Part shown: positions 38,208 to 46,979 of the stretch, piece after piece
Numbering within the stretch: the stretch's first letter is position 1
Layout of the letters: each line of letters starts with the position of its first letter
IMG/VR virus record: IMGVR_UViG_3300023174_000047
Span: 96,001 to 160,000 of that record
Reading direction: 5' to 3' (one strand)
DNA length: 64,000 nt
Source of the DNA: a virus
Taxonomy: Duplodnaviria; Caudoviricetes
Notes under the pieces: model-generated
The model's database searches: none
What the model was told of the DNA's origin: nothing
The model's input: the letters and a program-made list of their open reading frames with translations, nothing else
Made by a program: the position numbers and the translations under genes

Positions 38208-39872
38208 GTGGTTATAGAAATAAAACAAACTGCAGATGCAGCTGCAAAATTAAGCAAAAAGAGTTTCGATGACCACCAGCTTAGTTTTATAGTAAAACAT
38301 ACACTATACAGTGATGACATAACTTTTGCACAAAATGTTTTTAATATCATCAACGGCAATGTTGTTTGGCTCTGCAAGAATTGCAGCAATGCATTAAAAT
38401 TTAGAGGATACAAAGATGGATATGGGTTGTTTTGTTCAACGAAGTGTGCAAATACAAGCAATGTTGATAAGATTAAACAGACACACATCAACAAATATGG
38501 CAAACCGTGGATAGGTTCAAAAATTTGCAGAGAGTATCAAGCTAAGTTAAACTTGCAGAAGTATGGTACGGAGATTTACCAACAAACTAATGAGTTTAAA
38601 CAAAAATTGCAAGACACATGGATCAACAAAGATAAAGAAGCATTGATGGCAAAGATGGTGCAAAAAAATTTAGAAAAGTATGGGACTGATCACTATTTTG
38701 AAACCGATGAATTCAAAAACAAATCACAACTCACATGTCTTAAAAAATATGGTGTCAGTAATGCAATGCAAAGTGCTGAAATTCAGAACAAAGCAAAAGC
38801 CAACAGTGCACTCAAATATATTGATGATATTCAAGAGCAGTGCAATGTAAAGTTGATTGATGAATATAATGGTTGTGCAAAGTATACAAAATATCAGTGG
38901 CAATGTTTAGTATGCAACAACAGCTTTTATGCAGATATATCCATCGGTCACCGCCCCCGGTGTTTCAATTGCAATCCCAGACAAGGAACAAACATTGAAG
39001 AGCGGTTGTTTGAATTTTTAAATGAATGTGGTATTTCATATATTATTCGCAGCAGACAGGTGATATCGCCCTATGAGGTGGATATTTTTATTCCACAAAG
39101 CAATGTTGCCATTGAAGTCAATGGATTAATTTGGCATAGTCTTAGATCTGGTGGCAAAGATAAATTGTATCATGTTAATAAATTTCAAATGTGTCTAGAC
39201 AAGGGCATAAAACTCATACAGCTATATGAGGATGATATACTTGATGAGGATAAATTTAACATCATCAAAAGTAGATTGTCTGTTGTTCTTAATATGCAAG
39301 GCATGCAGCGAATTTATGCTCGTAAATGTGAATTTAAAAAAATCAATGCAACAGATGCAAAAACATTTTGTAATGAAAACCATCTTGATGCTTACTGCAA
39401 TGCCCAATTTAATTATGGGTTATTCCACAACAATAAACTTGTTTCCGTTGCTTGCTTCTCAACAGTTAAATCGAGAATCATATTTCGCCAAAGCAATCAG
39501 CCTGCTGCACATGAATTAATTAGATTCTGCTGCATAAAAAATACTCAGGTCATAGGTGCATTGAGTAAATTTGTTAAAAATCATGCAAACCTACACCAAA
39601 CCAACATTATTTCATATTGCGATTTGAATTGGGGTAGAAGTACATCTTATATTCATGCAGGATTTGAATATATAAAGCAAACTAGCCCCGGCTTCTACTA
39701 CATTAAAAACAACAAAAGACATCATAGATTTACTTTTGCTAAGCACAAGCAAAAGCAATTATTTGAAAACTTTGACCACAATTTGACAGAATTTCAAAAC
39801 TGTTTTAACAATAATATTGATGTATTGTTTAATGTGGGTTGCGATAAATATATGTATAAATGGCTGACCTAA
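38208..39872 (+). CDS. Free-standing Vsr-like (Hef-like) endonuclease with a C-terminal Mom-like GNAT domain (GTG start)
   Basis: EERL...EVDIFIP...AIEVNGLIWHS...LIQLYEDD; KYG repeats; C-terminal IYARKC...ELIRFC...SYCD. Confidence 0.8.
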   Translation: MVIEIKQTADAAAKLSKKSFDDHQLSFIVKHTLYSDDITFAQNVFNIINGNVVWLCKNCSNALKFRGYKDGYGLFCSTKCANTSNVDKIKQTHINKYGKPWIGSKICREYQAKLNLQKYGTEIYQQTNEFKQKLQDTWINKDKEALMAKMVQKNLEKYGTDHYFETDEFKNKSQLTCLKKYGVSNAMQSAEIQNKAKANSALKYIDDIQEQCNVKLIDEYNGCAKYTKYQWQCLVCNNSFYADISIGHRPRCFNCNPRQGTNIEERLFEFLNECGISYIIRSRQVISPYEVDIFIPQSNVAIEVNGLIWHSLRSGGKDKLYHVNKFQMCLDKGIKLIQLYEDDILDEDKFNIIKSRLSVVLNMQGMQRIYARKCEFKKINATDAKTFCNENHLDAYCNAQFNYGLFHNNKLVSVACFSTVKSRIIFRQSNQPAAHELIRFCCIKNTQVIGALSKFVKNHANLHQTNIISYCDLNWGRSTSYIHAGFEYIKQTSPGFYYIKNNKRHHRFTFAKHKQKQLFENFDHNLTEFQNCFNNNIDVLFNVGCDKYMYKWLT

Positions 39873-40201
39873 ACAATCATATTTCTGTTTTTAATTCTGA
39901 GTATGAAATTTTAACACATGAAGGTTTTAAGGATTTCAAAGGCGTAATTAGGGGCGATAATCACAACAAAATTGAGTTGGAATTGTCAAATGGACGCAAT
40001 TTGATATGCACACCCAAACATAAAATATATAAGCACGATATGCAAATTGCATTTGCAGAAGATTTGCATGCAGGTGATGAATTGTATAATGGCATTGAAA
40101 TTAAGAAGAAAACCCAATTTACAGACAGCAACAGTGTGTATGAAATAATACACATACAAGATAATCATTCATATTTGGTAAATGATGTTTTGTGTCATCA
40201 A
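39860..40201 (+). mobile_element. Split intein C-fragment (114 aa) ending in His-Gln
   Basis: EILTHEGFKDF, block B CTPKH, block F VYEI, block G YLVNDVLCHQ|C. Confidence 0.88.
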
Positions 40202-41404
40202 TGTCTCATTCTAGATGAGCTTGCATTCATTGATCCACCTTCCATCATGGATGATTTTTGGCGATCAGTGTGGCCAACCATTTCTCGATCCAAACACTCC
40301 AAAGTCCTCATTGCCTCTACACCCAAAGGCACAGATAACCTGTTTTATCAGCTGTATGACGGGGCCATCAAAGGTGAGAATGGCTTTGCAAGCATGACCA
40401 TCAAATGGGATGCAGTTCCTGGTCATGATGAAAAGTGGAAACGTGAACAAATCAAACAAATCGGTAGCGTGGAATCATTTATGCAAGAATATGATTGCCA
40501 GTTTCTTCAAAGTGGTGAATCGTCCATTGACTTGAGCACATTTGATAAACTCAGGCAATATTGTACAACACCTCAGTTTTTTCTTGAAAGCGACAAATAT
40601 ATGATATGGAAATCACCACTACCAGATCGTCTGTATGCAGTTGGTGTTGATGTTGCTGAAGGAGTAGGTCAGAATTATTCTGTTATTCAAATTCTTGATA
40701 TCACCGATTTGACCAGCATTGAGCAAGTTGCTGTTTACAGAGATAATACCATTGCACCAGCACAATTTACAACAAAATTGCATGAAATAATGCAGCAATG
40801 GGGAAACCCCTTGGTTCTCATTGAAAGAAACAACTGCGGTGCTCAGGTTGTTGATAATCTGCGGAATATACATCAGTATGAAAATATTGTAAGCTATGGG
40901 GCTGAACTAGCTGGCCGCAAAAAAGATTTTTTAGGTGTTGTTGCTCACACCAACACCAAACAGCGCGGTGTTCGCAACATGAGATACTGGGTCAATACAC
41001 TCAACTGTGTGCGTTTCAATCATTTACAGACTATTCTTGAGCTCAAAGACTTTGTATGCAAGCCCAACGGAACATGGAGTGCGCGTGGCAGTGGAGTGGA
41101 CGATTGTGTCATGAGCCTCATTTGGGCACTGGTGTTGCTTGATAATGACCCACAGTATGGCATATGCGGCAATTATTTTGAAGTTGTTGATTTGGATGAA
41201 AATGGCAAACCTAGATCCATCAAGCCTTTGGATTACGGCTTAAAGTACTTCACATCAAACAATAAAAAATATGATTTGTTTGGCAATGCATTGGAAGCCA
41301 CTAAATACTCAGATGCAGCAAGCTTGCCCATTGTGTTTGGCAGTTCTACCAATCAAAGCAGCGAAGTAAGTGACCTTGAATTAGAGGGCTGGACAATATT
41401 ATGA
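39860..41404 (+). CDS. 17: Terminase large subunit, C-terminal fragment (split-intein C-half, Walker B and nuclease domain)
   Basis: After HQ|C: LILDELAFI, IASTPKG..N.FY, FMQEYDCQF, GVDVAEG, IERNN.G and DDCVMS. Confidence 0.93.
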   Translation: MADLNNHISVFNSEYEILTHEGFKDFKGVIRGDNHNKIELELSNGRNLICTPKHKIYKHDMQIAFAEDLHAGDELYNGIEIKKKTQFTDSNSVYEIIHIQDNHSYLVNDVLCHQCLILDELAFIDPPSIMDDFWRSVWPTISRSKHSKVLIASTPKGTDNLFYQLYDGAIKGENGFASMTIKWDAVPGHDEKWKREQIKQIGSVESFMQEYDCQFLQSGESSIDLSTFDKLRQYCTTPQFFLESDKYMIWKSPLPDRLYAVGVDVAEGVGQNYSVIQILDITDLTSIEQVAVYRDNTIAPAQFTTKLHEIMQQWGNPLVLIERNNCGAQVVDNLRNIHQYENIVSYGAELAGRKKDFLGVVAHTNTKQRGVRNMRYWVNTLNCVRFNHLQTILELKDFVCKPNGTWSARGSGVDDCVMSLIWALVLLDNDPQYGICGNYFEVVDLDENGKPRSIKPLDYGLKYFTSNNKKYDLFGNALEATKYSDAASLPIVFGSSTNQSSEVSDLELEGWTIL

Positions 41405-41979
41405 CTGACATCGTACAATCACCATTTAATAAAGCACGTGTTGATAAGTTTACTATGGTAATAAACTTACCACCTGCATTAAAAAGCATCAACAGCAAAT
41501 TCACACGCAGCAATAAAAATGTAAACATTGATGCTCTGCAATTTTCTGTGTTTGGCACAGTAATTCCTGACATTGTTGTGCCTGCAGTTGAGACAAGATT
41601 TGGAGGCAGCACTATTTATGTATCATCTCACAGCAGACCATCATTCCCGCCTGTAACCATCAACTTCACCATTGATAATGAATTTAATAATTATTGGTGC
41701 ATATATCAGTGGCTTAATTTAATGCGAGATGAGAGAGAAGGTGTATTTGGAGTTGTGAATAGCAGAGGACTTGCAGGTGCAGAAGCCGTTTTAGATGAGT
41801 ACACCACAACTTTTACGTTGTATGCTAAAAATGAATTCAACAACAACATCATTAAATTTGAATTTCTCAAAGCTTTTCCTACAAAATTGGGCAGCATTTC
41901 TTTAAACTATCAAGATAGCAAAGAAATCCCTTGCTCATTCGATTTTGTATTTTCCAACATTACTTCTACTCTGCTTTAA
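41401..41979 (+). CDS. 3: Tail completion / tube terminator, T4 gp3-like
   Basis: IPDIVVP and INFTIDNEFNNYWCIYQWL resemble the gp3 F.VDEE...W..MYEW segment. Confidence 0.65.
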   Translation: MTDIVQSPFNKARVDKFTMVINLPPALKSINSKFTRSNKNVNIDALQFSVFGTVIPDIVVPAVETRFGGSTIYVSSHSRPSFPPVTINFTIDNEFNNYWCIYQWLNLMRDEREGVFGVVNSRGLAGAEAVLDEYTTTFTLYAKNEFNNNIIKFEFLKAFPTKLGSISLNYQDSKEIPCSFDFVFSNITSTLL

Positions 41980-42009
41980 ATTTATGCTTGATTTTTCATA
42001 AATATCTAC

Positions 42010-44682
42010 ATGGCATCAAGAATTATCAATTCCCCCGGGGTACAAATTAATGAAATCGATGAAACAGCTATCCAAGCCAATATTACTGGCACAGATATTC
42101 TGATTACTGGTTTTGCAAGCAAAGGTCCGACAGATGAAATTATCAGCGTCTCTTCTATTACAGAATTTGAGCTAATTTTCGGTGCACCAACTAATGCTGC
42201 AGAGCGTTATTTTTACTATTCTGTAAAGCCCTTGTTTGGTACTGGAGCTAATTTGCTACTCAGCCGTCTTCCTTATGGTGGAGGCAATGGTGATGGTTTT
42301 GGCTCTCAATACAGCGCAATTGTTTATCCAGTTGTTGCAGTATCTGGTAATCCTGTCAACATTAATCTTGCTGATATTACAGCAACAGCTACAGCAGGTA
42401 CTCCACTCACTGTTGCTGGTGGCGTGTCAGCTGTATCAGTGGTATCATCAGGTCGATATTATGCAACTGCACCTGCGGTTACAGTATCAGCACCACAGAC
42501 ACCTGGTACAACAGCAGCATTTACAGCAAATATAACAACTGTTGGTACAGTATCATCACTTTCTATTACACAAGCTGGATCTGGATATACAGCTGCACCA
42601 ACAATAACAATTGCTGCACCAAGCTACAGCAACATCGGTGGTATTGTGTCTACACTTAATTCAACAAGTGTTGATTCATATGTTCTCGGCAAGCCAATTC
42701 ACTTTACGCTAACTAAATCACAATACTTGTCATGCATCAATGGTGAAGCATTCACATGGCAGTCTAATTCACTTGCATCTTCTTCTTTTGGTAGAACAGC
42801 GACTGGTTCAACATCTGGTACAGCAGCTAACATCAGCACATTTGCTGACTTTGGCAAGGCAGGCTTGATCATCTTCAACAAAGCACAAACAACCATCAAT
42901 GACAAGTATGAAGGTTATTACATTGGCGTAATTGACAATTCCAATGCAAATCCTGCAACTCAGTTTGATGGCATTGTAACAGCAACTACTTTTAATACTA
43001 CTGTTACAAATACAGGTAGTGCAGATATAGGCACACCAATTCCTGATGCTCGTCTCAACTTTACACTATCAGGCAGCAATTTAACAAATGGATCACTTTC
43101 TCAGATTATTGAGAATGCTGCATCATTCAACATTGGTACAAAACAATACAACGACTACCTCACAATAGGTGTATTCAAGCTTCGTCAGAGCATCTTCTCA
43201 ACTAATACAGTCAAGCTCGATTACTTGCTTGAAGAGAGGTTTGTTGCAAGCATGGATTATTACCGTCAGCGCACACCAGAGAACGGAGGACCAATTGCAT
43301 CAGCTTACATCGGCAATGAAGTGGAAGATGCATCCCGCAACATTACGGTTATGGTTAATGATAACATATCAAATCGCACTTCATCCACATGGCTTGATGC
43401 AAATGGTATACCAACCAAGAGTGTGAGAATGTTATCACATGAACTTGAAACACAAGTCACAGACAGCACTGTTTTTAATCAAGTATCAGGTACAGTTGGA
43501 ATCACTGCTGCTGCATTCAATGCTGCAAAAACAGCACTTTCAGGCAAGTATGCTGATGATTTAATTGGTCTTGGTGCATATGTAGATCCAACACCAACAA
43601 CCAAGACAATTGGCAGCTTGCCTGGTAAGCTTGATCGTATTTTTCAATTGCTTGAAAATGATGAACTGTATGACATTGATATTTCCATTGAGGCAGGTCT
43701 TGGCACAATTTATGCAACAACATGCGCAGCTCGTACGCCATATTATGATGATACATTGATGAATCCTACGCTGCAGCAAGCAATTGGCTACTTACAGACA
43801 ACCTTCAACTACTCAGCACCAGCAGATGATACTTTGGATTTGAGAGGCAACTACAATACTATATTTGCTAGATTTGCTGACTTTGCACGTGATAGAATGG
43901 ATCACATTTTCATTGCTGACCCAATTCGCCACATTCTTGTAACAGGCATCAACTCAAAGACATTGTATGATTCAAACAAGAGCTGGTCTCAGTATGTGTT
44001 TTCACCGCTGCGTCATCAGTTTGAGCTTGCAAACACAAGCTATGCAGCAGCATATGCTAACTGGGCACGTGTCCAAGATACGTTTGCACAAATAAATGTG
44101 TGGGTGCCATTTTCGGGATATGTTGCAGCAGATTATGCACGCTCGGATAGAGATTTTGCGTATTGGTCTGCACCAGCAGGATTCCGCCGCGGATTAGTAA
44201 GTGAAGTTGATGACATTGCAATCACACCTAATCAGAAACAGCGCGATGATTTGTACAAGTTCAATCTCAATCCAATTACACAGTTTGTGAGAGAAGGCAT
44301 TGTGATATACGGTCAAAAAACTATGCTCCGCACACCAAGTGCATTTGATCGAGTTAATGTGCGCCGCTTGTTTATTATACTTGAGAAGCAAACAAAAGCA
44401 ATTGCACGTTTTTATGTATTTGAACCAAATTCATTATACACACGCACTCGCTTGGTAGATGACTTGACGCCAAACTTTGAAGCTGCCAAGACTGCAACAA
44501 TCAATCAAGGTATTTATGATTACATAATTGTATGCGACGATAGGAATAATACACCTGCAGTCATTGATGCAAATGAATTGGTTGTCGACATTTACATCAA
44601 GCCAGTTCGTACCGCAGAGTTTATCTTGGTAAACTTCCATGCATCAAGAACTGGAGCAAACTTCCAGGAAATCTTACGATAA
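42010..44682 (+). CDS. 18: Contractile tail sheath protein, T4 gp18-like
   Basis: SPGVQINEID, GFASKGP, WSAPAGFRRG, GQKT, FDRVNVRRLF, FEPN and IYIKP.RTAEFI. Confidence 0.96.
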   Translation: MASRIINSPGVQINEIDETAIQANITGTDILITGFASKGPTDEIISVSSITEFELIFGAPTNAAERYFYYSVKPLFGTGANLLLSRLPYGGGNGDGFGSQYSAIVYPVVAVSGNPVNINLADITATATAGTPLTVAGGVSAVSVVSSGRYYATAPAVTVSAPQTPGTTAAFTANITTVGTVSSLSITQAGSGYTAAPTITIAAPSYSNIGGIVSTLNSTSVDSYVLGKPIHFTLTKSQYLSCINGEAFTWQSNSLASSSFGRTATGSTSGTAANISTFADFGKAGLIIFNKAQTTINDKYEGYYIGVIDNSNANPATQFDGIVTATTFNTTVTNTGSADIGTPIPDARLNFTLSGSNLTNGSLSQIIENAASFNIGTKQYNDYLTIGVFKLRQSIFSTNTVKLDYLLEERFVASMDYYRQRTPENGGPIASAYIGNEVEDASRNITVMVNDNISNRTSSTWLDANGIPTKSVRMLSHELETQVTDSTVFNQVSGTVGITAAAFNAAKTALSGKYADDLIGLGAYVDPTPTTKTIGSLPGKLDRIFQLLENDELYDIDISIEAGLGTIYATTCAARTPYYDDTLMNPTLQQAIGYLQTTFNYSAPADDTLDLRGNYNTIFARFADFARDRMDHIFIADPIRHILVTGINSKTLYDSNKSWSQYVFSPLRHQFELANTSYAAAYANWARVQDTFAQINVWVPFSGYVAADYARSDRDFAYWSAPAGFRRGLVSEVDDIAITPNQKQRDDLYKFNLNPITQFVREGIVIYGQKTMLRTPSAFDRVNVRRLFIILEKQTKAIARFYVFEPNSLYTRTRLVDDLTPNFEAAKTATINQGIYDYIIVCDDRNNTPAVIDANELVVDIYIKPVRTAEFILVNFHASRTGANFQEILR

Positions 44683-44696
44683 CAAGCAAATTGAAG

Positions 44697-44732
44697 GGAG
44701 CGGAGCTAACAAAGCTTCGCTCCTTTTTTTTT
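44697..44732 (+). terminator. Intrinsic terminator after the sheath gene
   Basis: GGAGCGGAGC-TAACAAA-GCTTCGCTCC followed by a T9 tract. Confidence 0.9.
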
Positions 44733-44776
44733 GTTAAATCTTTATGTTTATATAGTATTATGCAATAAATAGCAAT

Positions 44777-46534
44777 ATGTCTTTGATAGAAGAAATACAG
44801 AGCAATTTATACACAAAAACAAACAAAATTAATACTGCCATAATAAGGCAAGATTGGTTTAAAAAATCTAATTTGTATGCAGATATAATGAAAGAGACAT
44901 CCTTTCTTGACAATGACGTATGCTTTGCAGCGCGAATATTTTGCATAGTCAATAATATCAAGAGCATGCCAGCGTGCCCTGTAACCGGTAAAAGTGTTAA
45001 GTGGTTACCTACAAAACATAGATTTGCCATTGCTGCTGGCAGATCAAATGCATCTAAAATTAAAAAAATTGATAATGCAAAACTATCTCAAAGCCTCAAA
45101 GCATCAAAAGCATTAATCAAAAGTAACTTCTACAGCCTATACAAAACAAATAAATTTAATATTGTCAGTAGAGAAAAATGCACAGACTTTATAAAGAGCA
45201 GATTGGAACACACCGATCACGGAAGAAAGCATAATTTTGTAGATACATCTATACTTAAAAAATATCATGATGAGTGTTGCAGCATTATTCTACATACACA
45301 GCATCCATTATTAGATGATAATGATATAAACTGGAGTGAAAGGTTTTTTCTTTTGTATAATAATGATGTCCCGAAACTATGTAATTATGATCCCACACAA
45401 AAGGCAAAATTTTGCAATTTCTTAGCTGGGTACAATAACAATAGTTCTGCACAGGCAAGGAATAAAAACACATTAAAAATAATCAAGCAATCCATTGAGT
45501 ATCAAAACTTCTCTATTTTAAATGATATAAACTCACATCAACAAGAGTATCAATTGAGATGCAATGTCTGTAATAGTATTTTACAGCGAAGATTGACAAA
45601 TGCGCGCTGGAAAGATATATTTTGTGCCAAATGCAACAATGTTACCGTGGGATCGTCTCGTGCAGAAGCAGAGATATCTGCTTTTCTGCAAAATGACTGC
45701 AACATGCAGGTTGAGAGATTATATGACTTGCCACCTAGTGGAATAGAAATCGATATATTTCTACCACAGAAAAACGTTGGTATCGAGCATCACGGCTTAT
45801 TGTGGCATAGTTTTGGTTCTTGCTTCCCCGACAATGCAGATGTTGAAAGTGTAAACAAATTTAAGCATAGAAATAAGCGGGATATATGCATGAGCAACAA
45901 TGTACAGTTGTTGCAGATTTTTGAAAATGAATGGATTGATAAAAGAAACATTGTTGAGTCAATGATGCGTAGCAAGTTAGGAATATTGCAAAATAAAATC
46001 TATGCTCGCAATTGCACAATACAATGCATCACAGCAAAACAGAAAAGTATTTTTCTTAATAATAATCACATACAAGGCAATGACAATTCACAAATTGCAA
46101 TTGCTCTAATTCATGAAGGTGACATTGTTGCAGCAATGACTTTTGGTAACCGCAAAATAACTGCAAATAAAACTTTTGAACTCATAAGATTTTGCTGCAA
46201 AACAAACACAAGCGTTATTGGAGGTGCCTCTAAATTATTAAAATACTTTACAAAAAAACATAATGTATCATGCATTACAACATATGCTGATTTGAGATTT
46301 TGCTTTGATGGTTCGTTTTACAAAAACTTAGGCTTTAAGCACATCAGAACAACACCACCTGCATACTGGTACACAGATACAAAGACTGTGATGCACCGCT
46401 CCAACTTTCAAAAACATAAATTAGTAAAACAGGGTGATGATTTGAGTCTTACAGAATGGGAAATTATGAAAGAGCGTGGGTGGCGTAGAATATGGGATTG
46501 TGGTCACATGGTTTTTGAATATAAATATTCATAA
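44777..46534 (+). CDS. Second Vsr-like (Hef-like) endonuclease with a C-terminal Mom-like GNAT domain
   Basis: SRAEAEI...EIDIFLP...GIEHHGLLWHS...LLQIFENEW; IYARNC...ELIRFC...GGASKLL...TYAD...YKNLGF...PPAYWY. Confidence 0.8.
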   Translation: MSLIEEIQSNLYTKTNKINTAIIRQDWFKKSNLYADIMKETSFLDNDVCFAARIFCIVNNIKSMPACPVTGKSVKWLPTKHRFAIAAGRSNASKIKKIDNAKLSQSLKASKALIKSNFYSLYKTNKFNIVSREKCTDFIKSRLEHTDHGRKHNFVDTSILKKYHDECCSIILHTQHPLLDDNDINWSERFFLLYNNDVPKLCNYDPTQKAKFCNFLAGYNNNSSAQARNKNTLKIIKQSIEYQNFSILNDINSHQQEYQLRCNVCNSILQRRLTNARWKDIFCAKCNNVTVGSSRAEAEISAFLQNDCNMQVERLYDLPPSGIEIDIFLPQKNVGIEHHGLLWHSFGSCFPDNADVESVNKFKHRNKRDICMSNNVQLLQIFENEWIDKRNIVESMMRSKLGILQNKIYARNCTIQCITAKQKSIFLNNNHIQGNDNSQIAIALIHEGDIVAAMTFGNRKITANKTFELIRFCCKTNTSVIGGASKLLKYFTKKHNVSCITTYADLRFCFDGSFYKNLGFKHIRTTPPAYWYTDTKTVMHRSNFQKHKLVKQGDDLSLTEWEIMKERGWRRIWDCGHMVFEYKYS

Positions 46535-46971
46535 TGCAAAAAGAATATAGACAAGGCATATACAAACCCATCAACAATCAAAAATACATTGGTGATAAAT
46601 TACCTTTTTATCGTTCTGGATACGAGCTCAAATTTATGCGCTGGGCTGATGCAAATCCCAATGTAATCAAATGGGGAAGCGAGAGCATCATTATTCCATA
46701 CAAAAGCCCCATTGACGGAAAAATGCACCGATATTTTGTCGATAATGTTGTCATTATTAAAGAAGGTGAGCAAATTAAAAAATACCTCATTGAGATCAAG
46801 CCATACAAACAGACTCTACCTCCCTCGGAACACGGCAATAAAAAACAATCCACAATATTATATGAGCATGCAACATATGCCATTAACATGCAAAAATGGA
46901 AATGTGCTAAAGAATGGTGCAAGCAACACAATTGGGAATTTTTAATATTAACAGAAAAAGAGCTGCCATAA
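46534..46971 (+). CDS. 4: Head completion nuclease, T4 gp4-like (TnsA-like fold)
   Basis: YRSGYE, WGSE.IIIPY.SPIDGKMHRYFVD, IEIKP and ILTEKEL. Confidence 0.92.
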   Translation: MQKEYRQGIYKPINNQKYIGDKLPFYRSGYELKFMRWADANPNVIKWGSESIIIPYKSPIDGKMHRYFVDNVVIIKEGEQIKKYLIEIKPYKQTLPPSEHGNKKQSTILYEHATYAINMQKWKCAKEWCKQHNWEFLILTEKELP

Positions 46972-46979
46972 ATAATATT

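Noticed and set aside
38199-39860. Group I intron as the explanation for the terminase interruption
   Set aside because: Both flanks carry clear intein blocks with their own stop, start and promoters, and there is no non-coding room for a ribozyme core.
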